Part shown: positions 56,344-63,972 of the stretch, piece by piece
Position numbering within the stretch: the first letter of the stretch is position 1
Layout of the letters: each line of letters begins with the position of its first letter
Source: a virus
Taxonomy: Duplodnaviria > Caudoviricetes
Virus record (IMG/VR): IMGVR_UViG_3300033066_002431
Location: 1-64,000 of that record
Reading direction: 5' to 3' (one strand)
Length of the DNA: 64,000 bases
Notes under the pieces: model-generated
Told to the model about the DNA's origin: nothing
The model's database searches: none
What the model saw: only the letters and a program-made list of their open reading frames with translations
Program-made: the position numbers and the translations under genes

Positions 56344-56372
56344 GTGATAAGACAGCGAGCGCACGTTGTCAA
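56344..56372 (-). promoter_or_regulatory. Class-B promoter
   Basis: TTGACA-N17-TATCAC. Confidence 0.8.
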
Positions 56373-56443
56373 GAAAAACGACCGGGCCTCTCGACAGGGA
56401 TCGCGCTCGGCCGCACTCTCTCGCTCACCAAAGGAGCCTTCCC

Positions 56444-57064
56444 ATGCCCACCGTCCCCCTCTCGCTCTTCGTAGACTTCATGCTGATGGCCGGCACCGGC
56501 CGGATCGAGCACGCGCGCACTTTCAAGAAGACCGGCGCCGTGGAGAGCTTCTACAAGCCGCTCGTCGACTTGTTGGTGGGCGCGCACAGCGCGGGCCTTC
56601 CCATCAGGGAGACGATCGACGCCTTCATCTCGACTCGCATCGAAGAGCGCGAGCGGCGCATGTTCACCATCGTCGAGCGCGGCTACCTGAAGTTCCTCGA
56701 GACGCACCTGGATGTGGCCGGCGAGGAGCCGAGGTGGTTCGAGCCGCCCCTGCGGGACTACCCGATCGGCCAGCTCACCGTGCGCGTCGCCCCCGAGCTT
56801 GGCCTGCTCATCCAGGGCCGCCCGCACGTGATCAAGCTCTACCTCCGTGCGAACCCCATCAACCCACAGCAGATCGCCCTCACCACCACGCTGCTCACGA
56901 ACGCGCTCCAGACGACGTGGCCGGGGACGAACTTCGGTGTGCTCGACGTGCGGCGAGGTCGGCTCTTCACGCACCGCAGCGACAAGGGCGACCTCCCCAC
57001 GCTGGTGAAGGCCGAAGCGGCGACCTTCGCGGCCCTCTATGACGGCGTGACGGTGGGCCGATGA
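56444..57064 (+). CDS. Isolated plus-strand hypothetical protein, possible restriction-endonuclease-like fold
   Basis: AAGGAG SD; VRVAPELGLLIQG..HVIKLY motif; opposite orientation to its neighbours. Confidence 0.75.
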   Translation: MPTVPLSLFVDFMLMAGTGRIEHARTFKKTGAVESFYKPLVDLLVGAHSAGLPIRETIDAFISTRIEERERRMFTIVERGYLKFLETHLDVAGEEPRWFEPPLRDYPIGQLTVRVAPELGLLIQGRPHVIKLYLRANPINPQQIALTTTLLTNALQTTWPGTNFGVLDVRRGRLFTHRSDKGDLPTLVKAEAATFAALYDGVTVGR

Positions 57065-57249
57065 AGCCCGGCGTGGACGACTACCCGCCTGGAGTCCCTC
57101 TGCGCGGCTGCGGCGTCTTGCTGGTCATCGTCATCATGACGGCGATCGTTTACCCGCTTCTTCAGATCATCCCAGGTGAGCCGCCCACGACCCGAGGATC
57201 CGATCGGGCGTCACGAGCCACGGCGCGATCCTCGGGTGCTCGATCCTGA
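57061..57249 (+). CDS. Small membrane protein
   Basis: ATGA coupling; one hydrophobic segment. Confidence 0.45.
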   Translation: MKPGVDDYPPGVPLRGCGVLLVIVIMTAIVYPLLQIIPGEPPTTRGSDRASRATARSSGARS

Positions 57250-57784
57250 GCTTCTCCACCGCGCTCCACGCTGCGGTGACCGCGCCCCACCTCTCCTCGC
57301 CCTCCCCTCTCGACTTCAGCAAAGCCGTGGCGACCGCCTGCCCGGCGTGCGTGATGTCGTCGCGCAGCTCGGGGCACGCTCGCAGAAGCGACAGCAGCGC
57401 CAGCCGTGTGTTCGAGAGGTCGTCTACGAGATCATCGCTCCGGCCGATCGGGTCCACGCGGTCTGCCAGCGAGCCGGTGAGGCCTCTCCGCGCGCGCACG
57501 GTGGTGACGGGCACCTTCGCCCGGATGCACAGCACGCCGGCTGCCAGCGCCTTGTGGGTGAGCCGCATCGGGTCTGTCCCGACGGCGAACACGAGGCCCA
57601 CGTCCGCGCGCAGCGCTCTGTCGCGCCGAAGCTCCAAGGTGAAGCGCTGAACGCGGTCATCCCAGCCAGCGAGCACGCTGGTGCTCTCGACGATGACGGT
57701 GGTGGGAGAGACTTGGGCGACGAGCTCGACGGGCGTTGCGTCCGTGTCGGGCCAGTCCGCGTCGACGTGGAGGAAGAGGCGCAT
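57167..57784 (-). CDS. Hypothetical protein
   Basis: Protein-like ORF in the minus-strand run. Confidence 0.6.
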   Translation of the reverse strand: MRLFLHVDADWPDTDATPVELVAQVSPTTVIVESTSVLAGWDDRVQRFTLELRRDRALRADVGLVFAVGTDPMRLTHKALAAGVLCIRAKVPVTTVRARRGLTGSLADRVDPIGRSDDLVDDLSNTRLALLSLLRACPELRDDITHAGQAVATALLKSRGEGEERWGAVTAAWSAVEKLRIEHPRIAPWLVTPDRILGSWAAHLG

Positions 57785-57811
57785 CGCCTGACCGTAAGGC
57801 CGGGCCCAGCA

Positions 57812-58528
57812 TCAGCCAGCGGGCTTACGGCGGACCACGGTTACCTCGACTTCCACCGCGGCCTTCTTGCCCTTCTGGTAGGGGCTCTTCCCCTTGCTCT
57901 TGCCGCCCTTGCCCTTCTTCGGCTCGCGCGGCGGGCGTACGGGCTTCGGCTTCGGGGGCAGGATGAACCGCTTCGGCACGTGCCTCCCTTCGGCGGTGAG
58001 CCGCTTCACGATCCGCCTGTACTTCTTCCTGCGCGCGTCGGCGATCTCGGGGAGCGGCACCGGGGACGGCGCCGGCATGAAGAGCATCCGCGGCTGCGGG
58101 CGCTGCCAGTGGTCGCGATCGAAGATCCACAGGTAGCCGCGTCTGGAAAGCTCCTCTTGCCGGCGGCTCTTGAGGGCGCGGCTACGGACCACCGCGAAGA
58201 AGCGAGCGCCGAGCGTGCGCGGCTTGCCGTCGCTCTTGCGGGTGGTGACCCACGGCAGCGTGCTGGTGTTCGCCGTGCGCTCCGCGTCGAGCATCCAGGC
58301 CTTGCCGAAGAAGGCGTTGAGCCGTGCGAGCTGCAAGAGGGGGCGCGGGTTCGTCTCCCCGAGGCGCTGCGCGAGAAGCGCGAGCTGCTTGTCGGTGAGG
58401 ACGGGCGCGCCGGTGCTCTGCGGGAGCGCTCCGGTCTTGCGAGCTTGGAGGTAGACGGTGTGCGCGTCGGGCTCGCCCTTCGGAGGGCGGACGCGCGGCG
58501 TGTGCTGCACGCGAGGGTGGCGATACAT
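57812..58528 (-). CDS. Highly basic Arg/Lys/Pro-rich protein
   Basis: GGAGAG-type SD; KKGKGGKSKGK tail. Confidence 0.7.
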   Translation of the reverse strand: MYRHPRVQHTPRVRPPKGEPDAHTVYLQARKTGALPQSTGAPVLTDKQLALLAQRLGETNPRPLLQLARLNAFFGKAWMLDAERTANTSTLPWVTTRKSDGKPRTLGARFFAVVRSRALKSRRQEELSRRGYLWIFDRDHWQRPQPRMLFMPAPSPVPLPEIADARRKKYRRIVKRLTAEGRHVPKRFILPPKPKPVRPPREPKKGKGGKSKGKSPYQKGKKAAVEVEVTVVRRKPAG

Positions 58529-58558
58529 GCGGAGAGAGTAGGTCGCGCGGGCGAAGTG

Positions 58559-59311
58559 TCAGGTGTTCGCGAGCGTCTGAAGTGAGCGCGCGAGCACGCG
58601 GCGCTGCGCGTGAGACATGGTCGCGAAGTTGTCGCGGTTCGACCGGATCTCGGGGCCGGCGTCGAGCGACTCGACCTCGATCAGGTTGTCGAACGCGGGG
58701 CCGATGCGATCGAAGAAGAGCGACTGAGACACCACCGCGCTGGGAGCCTCTTCGCAGGCAGTCACGAACGCGTTGATCAAGATCGCGAGCGCCCGACGCT
58801 TCTCCCGCAGCACCTTCCCCCGGTGCGCCGCGCCACCGGCCGCCGGTTCGCCCGCGACCTCGGCAAAGACGTCCGTCGACACGGCGTCTTGCACGGCGTT
58901 CGTCGGGACCACCTTCACGAAGTCGACGAGCATCGCGCTGCTGTCCTGAAGCATCCCGTCCACGACCTCGATCAACACGGCTCGCGTATCGTCGCGCGGC
59001 TCGCGCTTCACGGCGTCGAGCACCATGCGCGCCGCCATGTTCCACAGGCCTGCCCCGAAGAAGAGGTAGGTCTCGGCGTCGATCGGCGTGACCTTCATGC
59101 TCGCGCACAGAGCCAACGCAGCACGCGCGCGAGTCGCCGTGGCCTCGTTCCGTGAGAGCGCATCGAACAGCCCGACGAGCACGCCGGCCGGCAGCGACCG
59201 GAAGGCATCCGCGGCGATGGTCTTGAGCGCGCCGTAGCGCAGCACGTCGGGGAGGCGCCCCGCAGCCATCGCGCGCTCGGTCATCTCGGTGAGCATCTCG
59301 GCGGCGGTCAC
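58559..59311 (-). CDS. Hypothetical helical protein
   Basis: GTG start overlaps the upstream TGA. Confidence 0.7.
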   Translation of the reverse strand: MTAAEMLTEMTERAMAAGRLPDVLRYGALKTIAADAFRSLPAGVLVGLFDALSRNEATATRARAALALCASMKVTPIDAETYLFFGAGLWNMAARMVLDAVKREPRDDTRAVLIEVVDGMLQDSSAMLVDFVKVVPTNAVQDAVSTDVFAEVAGEPAAGGAAHRGKVLREKRRALAILINAFVTACEEAPSAVVSQSLFFDRIGPAFDNLIEVESLDAGPEIRSNRDNFATMSHAQRRVLARSLQTLANT

Positions 59312-59895
59312 GAGTCGTCCTCCGCGCTGGTGAACGACAACGACACCTGCGCGGCCGCTCGGCCGGTGACGCCGACCTTGCGGCGCAGCTCGGGGTGTTC
59401 GGCGACGAGCGCGCGCACCTCCAACAGCGGCGACCGCACGCCCGACGTGGCGCGCTCCTCGGTGGCCTGGAGAAGGATCGCGAGGTCGAGCCCCGCCTGC
59501 GTCACGAAAGCGGCGTAGGCTGCCGCGCGCTGCCGCAAGGCGGGGTCCGTGAGGAAGCCCCGGTACATCGCCGCCCCGCGCGCGACGAGCGTCCCCCAGA
59601 CGCCCACGGCGGTCGCGATATCGTCCGGCTCCATGCGGTGACACTCGCTCTCGAGGGTCTGGCTGACGTTGAGCATGAGGAGCCGCCGCGTCGGGTCGCC
59701 CGCGAGCCCCTTCTCTCGGGCGGTCGCCATCGGGGCGAGACCGATCATCGCGTAGGCGGCGGTGAGGACTTGCGTGGGAAGCTCGACGAGCCCCTGACCG
59801 GCTGCGAGGAGAATGTGGTGCGTGGTGCGGAAGTCGGACGCGAGCGCTGGAAAGCGGGTGGCCAGCGCTGGGAGCGCCGTGTGGATGTTGCGCAT
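59308..59895 (-). CDS. Hypothetical protein
   Basis: GGAGG SD. Confidence 0.75.
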   Translation of the reverse strand: MRNIHTALPALATRFPALASDFRTTHHILLAAGQGLVELPTQVLTAAYAMIGLAPMATAREKGLAGDPTRRLLMLNVSQTLESECHRMEPDDIATAVGVWGTLVARGAAMYRGFLTDPALRQRAAAYAAFVTQAGLDLAILLQATEERATSGVRSPLLEVRALVAEHPELRRKVGVTGRAAAQVSLSFTSAEDDS

Positions 59896-59909
59896 GAGGT
59901 TCCTCCAAT

Positions 59910-59953
59910 GCAGCGAGCCCCGGCCCTTTCGGGTGCGGGGCCTGGCTCGCTGC
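59910..59953 (-). promoter_or_regulatory. Conserved GNRA-capped RNA hairpin, copy 1
   Basis: Core CCCGCACCCGAAAGGGCCGGG inside a 9-10 bp outer stem; second copy at 63009-63055. Confidence 0.65.
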
Positions 59954-59962
59954 GGAAGGACG

Positions 59963-60277
59963 TCAGGAGCCGGTCACCGTGGGGAGCGGACCGTCCTTCG
60001 GTGGTGCGACCACGCGATATCCGGACGCCTGCCAATTTTTCAGCGTGTCGCTGGCGATGTACGCAAGGGCCACCGCGGCGCGCCCGACATCTGTGTCGCC
60101 GACGTGCAGGAACACATCCCACGCAAGCAGCCCGAAGTTCCCAGCCACCTCCGGCGGCTGAAACAAGAGGCTTGCATACACGCCCAACAGACGACGGACG
60201 TCTTCGTCCCTCTCTGCGCCGACGAAGTGCGCGTCCACAGCCATCTTCCACGCTGTGATCCAATCGATCGCTTTCAC
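59963..60277 (-). CDS. Hypothetical protein
   Basis: GTGA coupling, GGAG SD. Confidence 0.65.
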   Translation of the reverse strand: MKAIDWITAWKMAVDAHFVGAERDEDVRRLLGVYASLLFQPPEVAGNFGLLAWDVFLHVGDTDVGRAAVALAYIASDTLKNWQASGYRVVAPPKDGPLPTVTGS

Positions 60278-60528
60278 GTCTCCCGTCCTTCCTTCGTGGC
60301 GCCGAGCGCCGCCATCTCTGCCACCGTCGCGGGCCTCGCCTGAAACTCCACGACCCAACCTCGATCCTCCGCGTACCCTTGCGCGACGCCGTTCTCGTGA
60401 ACGAAGAAGCTCGTCTGGGTCATCACGACGAGGTACTTGCCGTCCCGCTTCATGCAGCGACCGACGTAGGACCCGTACGCGGGGCGCTTCTCCCCCACCA
60501 TCACCTGCCACTTCGCCGCGATCCTCAC
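60274..60528 (-). CDS. Hypothetical protein
   Basis: GTGA coupling. Confidence 0.6.
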   Translation of the reverse strand: MRIAAKWQVMVGEKRPAYGSYVGRCMKRDGKYLVVMTQTSFFVHENGVAQGYAEDRGWVVEFQARPATVAEMAALGATKEGRET

Positions 60529-60716
60529 GATCGCACAGCTTCGAAGGTGGCCAGCCCCCGCGCGAGCTTGCGCAGCACGGCAGCCGGGAGCGGCTCATCG
60601 GCGAGCACGGCCATCACGTCGATCGGGGGCACCTTCGCCGCCTGCGCGAGCGCGCCCACGGTCAGCCCGGCGCCCACAAGCCGAACCACGCGACGGAGGA
60701 TGGTGTCCTGTTCCAT
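60525..60716 (-). CDS. Small Cro-like HTH protein
   Basis: GLTVGALAQAAKVP...V..VL helix-turn-helix pattern; AGGAGG SD. Confidence 0.6.
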   Translation of the reverse strand: MEQDTILRRVVRLVGAGLTVGALAQAAKVPPIDVMAVLADEPLPAAVLRKLARGLATFEAVRS

Positions 60717-60738
60717 GCCCTCGAGCCTCCTAACCGAG

Positions 60739-60768
60739 ATGATAACGGTACCGTGCGCATCGTGTCAA
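60739..60768 (-). promoter_or_regulatory. Promoter of the Cro-like gene, containing the operator core ACGGTACCGT
   Basis: TTGACA-N18-TATCAT; ACGGTACCGT at 60745-60754. Confidence 0.7.
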
Positions 60769-60772
60769 ACGA

Positions 60773-61051
60773 TCAATCGTGCGTGCCGTGGTGGCGCTCC
60801 CCGTGCTCGGGGCACCGCGTCACGTGACCGCACGTACATTCGTGCGAGACCACCGCGCGACGGCAGCACACCGCGCGCGGCATGATTGGTGGGAGCGCCG
60901 GCCCCTCGGCAAGCTCGGCCGCCTCAACCTCGGCAAGCTTGGCAGCACGCGCTTTCATCGGGGCCCCCGTCATCCGAAGGTCCCAGAGCTGCGCGCGGAG
61001 AGCTGCCACCGAGAGAGGAGCCGTGGGGACCAGAATGCGCGCGGCGTTCAT
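60773..61051 (-). CDS. Small protein with Cys/His-rich C-terminus (leaderless)
   Basis: CC...ECTCG...CPEHG; ATG 6 nt after TATCAA. Confidence 0.7.
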   Translation of the reverse strand: MNAARILVPTAPLSVAALRAQLWDLRMTGAPMKARAAKLAEVEAAELAEGPALPPIMPRAVCCRRAVVSHECTCGHVTRCPEHGERHHGTHD

Positions 61052-61057
61052 AGTTGA

Positions 61058-61086
61058 TTGATAAGGCCACGCGCTCACGTTGTCAA
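61058..61086 (-). promoter_or_regulatory. Class-B promoter
   Basis: TTGACA-N17-TATCAA. Confidence 0.75.
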
Positions 61087-61404
61087 AACATTATTTCGAC
61101 TTTCCTCGAAACGCGCATCCTGTCGCGCCCGCTCGGCCATGCGCGCTCGAAGGTCCGCCGCGAGGGACCGTACCTGCTCGGTCCGGCCGGTCAATGTCGC
61201 CTGTCGGGCGGTCGTTGTGAGCACGTACGTGTCCCCCTGGAAGCCGCCCACGCTCACCAAGCGCACCCTGTTCTTCTCGGCGCTCGCGGACGCGACGATC
61301 GTCCCCTCCGCGGTGCTCAGGAGGTGGGGCTCCTGGAAGTAGACCTCGTGCCCGTGAATCGCGAGGTCCGAAGCGAGGAAGACGAGAGCAGCAAGCGCGT
61401 CCAT
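61075..61404 (-). CDS. Hypothetical protein
   Basis: First gene of the leftward arm; ATG 8 nt after TATCAC. Confidence 0.7.
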   Translation of the reverse strand: MDALAALVFLASDLAIHGHEVYFQEPHLLSTAEGTIVASASAEKNRVRLVSVGGFQGDTYVLTTTARQATLTGRTEQVRSLAADLRARMAERARQDARFEESRNNVLTT

Positions 61405-61412
61405 GGTCGAGA

Positions 61413-61456
61413 GTGATAAGATATTTATTGCACTCTGTCAAGCGTCGCCTTACCCT
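61413..61456. promoter_or_regulatory. Overlapping divergent promoters
   Basis: Leftward TTGACA (61441-36)-N17-TATCAC (61418-13); rightward TTGCAC (61428-33)-N17-TACCCT (61451-56). Confidence 0.75.
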
Positions 61457-61465
61457 GGATTGACC

Positions 61466-62092
61466 ATGAGCTACGCAACATCGCCCTCCGCTCTTCTCGT
61501 CGCCGCGCACTGCGCATGCTGCGGCAAGGTCCTGTCGAACGCTCCGTCTGTCGAGAGCGGCATGGGCGACACGTGCCGCAGAAAGCACGGCTACGCGACG
61601 CCGGAGGGGACGGCGGACCTCTCGGCCGCTCTCGAGGCGGTGAAGCCGTACATGACCGCTCTGGCGCTCCCCGTGGACGCCACGTCGGACGCGCGCCGGC
61701 TGGCGAACCTGTTGGTGCATCGCATCGCGGTGCTTCAGGACGGCGAGGTTGCGGCCGCGTGCGTGGACGGGATCCGGGCCCTCGGGTTTGAGACGCTCGG
61801 TGGCCGCTGCGCGAAGCGCATGACGAAGATCGTGGTCCGGGTGGAAGACGACGAGAAGACCGGCGACACCACGATCGTGGTGAAGGCTCCCTACTCCGAC
61901 GGTGGGGCGCTCCGCTCCCTTCCTGGCCGGCGCTGGGATGCCGCTACGAAGACGACGCGCATTCGGGTGTACCGGAGCATGGAGGGGGCCAAGACGTCGC
62001 TCCTGTCCGCCCTCGCGGCCGACTTCCCCGGAGCTTGGGTCGACGGGCCGACCGGGTTGTTCCTTCTCCCCCGCGGCGAGGTGGCAGCGTGA
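61466..62092 (+). CDS. DUF6011-like Zn-finger protein with HARP-like C-terminal domain
   Basis: CACCGKVLSNAPSVESGMGDTC; KAPYS....LRSLPGRRWDAATK. Confidence 0.7.
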   Translation: MSYATSPSALLVAAHCACCGKVLSNAPSVESGMGDTCRRKHGYATPEGTADLSAALEAVKPYMTALALPVDATSDARRLANLLVHRIAVLQDGEVAAACVDGIRALGFETLGGRCAKRMTKIVVRVEDDEKTGDTTIVVKAPYSDGGALRSLPGRRWDAATKTTRIRVYRSMEGAKTSLLSALAADFPGAWVDGPTGLFLLPRGEVAA

Positions 62093-62316
62093 GCGCCTCG
62101 AAGCCGCCCTCCGGTCGCAGCCGGACCACCGTGCTCGCTCAGGTGCTCGGCTCGTTCGCGGGCATCAAGGGCAACCTGAGCGAAGCCGACTTCGAGTGGG
62201 GGTGCGCGTGGATCGAGCGCGAGCACGGGAGCGACCTCGAAGCCGCAAAGGTGGCCCTCGGGGGCGAGCTGGCAGAGCAACAGCGGGCGGTCGCGCTCGT
62301 CGTCCGGGTGCTCTGA
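62089..62316 (+). CDS. Hypothetical protein
   Basis: GTGA coupling. Confidence 0.6.
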   Translation: MSASKPPSGRSRTTVLAQVLGSFAGIKGNLSEADFEWGCAWIEREHGSDLEAAKVALGGELAEQQRAVALVVRVL

Positions 62317-62636
62317 TGGACGACGACTTCGACGCCAAGATGGACCGCGCCCGTGCAGAGAGGCGCCTCGCGCGGGTCTGTCTGCTCCGGGCGATGGGAG
62401 GGGCGCCGGTGCCCTTCTGCGCCCCGTGCGCGGCGCCCTACGCGGACACCGTCGTCGTGGTCCACCGCGACACCTACCAGGCGACCTTGGGGCAGTGGCG
62501 CGCGACTCGATTCGAGGGAGAGGAGCCGGTCGGACACACCACACACCGGACCTTCTGTGAAGCGCTCGACGAGATCGCGGTGTGGCGTGCGGTGCTCCCC
62601 CTCGCACGGTCCCTCGCGAGCCTCGCCGCGGAGTGA
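62316..62636 (+). CDS. Hypothetical protein
   Basis: TGATG coupling. Confidence 0.65.
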   Translation: MDDDFDAKMDRARAERRLARVCLLRAMGGAPVPFCAPCAAPYADTVVVVHRDTYQATLGQWRATRFEGEEPVGHTTHRTFCEALDEIAVWRAVLPLARSLASLAAE

Positions 62637-62682
62637 CGCCGAGAGGGGGCCAGCAACTATCTTGGGGGGCGGTCGCAAAAAG

Positions 62683-62713
62683 CGTTGACGGTATCGTCAA
62701 CGTGAATTAAGAA
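62683..62713 (+). promoter_or_regulatory. Promoter with overlapping 20-bp palindromic operator (one mismatch)
   Basis: CGTTGACGGTATCGTCAACG; TTGACG-N17-TAAGAA; A-tract upstream. Confidence 0.8.
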
Positions 62714-62762
62714 GAGGGGGCCGGCGACACGAAGGAAGTGTCCTGGCAGGAAGAAGACGACC

Positions 62763-63002
62763 ATGGCCATGCTCCGTACCCTCCGCACCGATGGCACCCG
62801 CTCGATCAAGCCCCTCGGCATCCTGACGAAGGGCGAGCGGGACGCGCTCCGCTTCGCGATGGACCGCGACGAGATGGTCATTCTGTACGAGGTGCTCCCC
62901 TCGAACGGGGAGGCGTGGGGCCGCTGCAAGCCGGCCGACTTCGAGGCGACTTGGCAGCGGCTCTGTGAGGGGGCGCGCTCCCCCGACGTCGAGATGAACT
63001 AG
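62763..63002 (+). CDS. Hypothetical protein
   Basis: Directly downstream of the operator-promoter. Confidence 0.65.
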   Translation: MAMLRTLRTDGTRSIKPLGILTKGERDALRFAMDRDEMVILYEVLPSNGEAWGRCKPADFEATWQRLCEGARSPDVEMN

Positions 63003-63008
63003 TCGACC

Positions 63009-63055
63009 CGTCCGAAGGTCTGGCCCGCACCCCGAGAGGGGCCGGGCCTTCGGGC
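63009..63055 (+). promoter_or_regulatory. Conserved GNRA-capped RNA hairpin, copy 2
   Basis: Core CCCGCACCCGAGAGGGGCCGGG inside the outer stem cgtccgaagg/ccttcgggcg. Confidence 0.65.
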
Positions 63056-63058
63056 GTT

Positions 63059-63646
63059 GTGAGCCTCTCCACGACCCCCGCGAACGACACGGCCGCCGTC
63101 ACCCTCACCATCGGCGCGACCTACCAGGCCGGCGCGTGGCGCGTCCAGCGGTGGACGGGCCGTGTCGAGGTGACCGCCCTCGAGAACGCCGGCCGCCGGG
63201 GCAAGGCGTGCCCGGTCTTCTCGGTGGACACGCCCTACACCACCATGGATACGCAGCTCGACGCGGTGGCGCACGTGGCGGTCGCTGCCGCGCGGGACGG
63301 CGTTCACGTCGAGACGATGAGGGCGACCCTCATGGCCGAAGCCGTGGAGAAGCTCGCCTTCAGGGCGAGCGAGAAGCGCGGCGTGAACGTGCCGCGTCAC
63401 CCCGAGATCAAGGTGGACGCGCCCCTCGTCCGGTGCCGCTTCACCGAGGTGGAAGCTCTGTGCTGCTTCTCGTTCTGGCTCGGGAAGCCAGGCGGCATGA
63501 AGCACGACGAGCTTCTAGCCGCCGTGTCGCGGCTGGACGCGGCCAAGGCCTACGCGTGGGCCAAGGACCGCCAAGAGGAGATCGTCGGTATGAACGTGCA
63601 GGCCTTCCGCGTCGCTATGATCAGGATCGGTGCTCGCTTCCGGTGA
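63059..63646 (+). CDS. Hypothetical protein
   Basis: TTG start right after the hairpin; globular composition. Confidence 0.65.
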   Translation: MSLSTTPANDTAAVTLTIGATYQAGAWRVQRWTGRVEVTALENAGRRGKACPVFSVDTPYTTMDTQLDAVAHVAVAAARDGVHVETMRATLMAEAVEKLAFRASEKRGVNVPRHPEIKVDAPLVRCRFTEVEALCCFSFWLGKPGGMKHDELLAAVSRLDAAKAYAWAKDRQEEIVGMNVQAFRVAMIRIGARFR

Positions 63647-63704
63647 GGGGAGAAGACCTCTTCTGAGGGGAGAAAAAACTTTCTTGAGGGTGGGTGAAGA
63701 AAAA

Positions 63705-63736
63705 ACGTTGACGGTACCGTCAACGTGAATTAAGGT
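63705..63736 (+). promoter_or_regulatory. Promoter with perfect 22-bp palindromic operator
   Basis: ACGTTGACGGTACCGTCAACGT (63705-26); TTGACG-N17-TAAGGT; A-tract upstream. Confidence 0.85.
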
Positions 63737-63783
63737 CAGGGAGTCGACGGCGAGGACAGCCGAGACGAAGAAGGACGGACCCC

Positions 63784-63972
63784 ATGATCAAGCTCACCAA
63801 GAAGATGATGCAGGCGGCGAAGGCGATGACGACCGAGCGCCGTGCCCTGATGGATGAGCTGCTGAACGAGGCGCGCGCGACGCGCCCCGGCATGACGGCC
63901 GAGGAGACGGTCCGCTGGATGCCGGTGAGCTACCAGCCCGACGTGGCGGCCATCCTCACTCTCGGGTTGTGA
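63784..63972 (+). CDS. Small hypothetical protein
   Basis: AAGGA SD; downstream of the operator-promoter. Confidence 0.65.
   Translation: MIKLTKKMMQAAKAMTTERRALMDELLNEARATRPGMTAEETVRWMPVSYQPDVAAILTLGL

Noticed and set aside
39-63666. Many long overlapping ORFs in the six-frame track (e.g. 1186-2565 -, 9314-10984 -, 28240-30525 -, 31721-34009 -, 37482-39443 -)
   Set aside because: Arg/Ala/Gly-rich shadow frames expected in high-GC DNA; they overlap genes with recognisable motifs and coupled starts.
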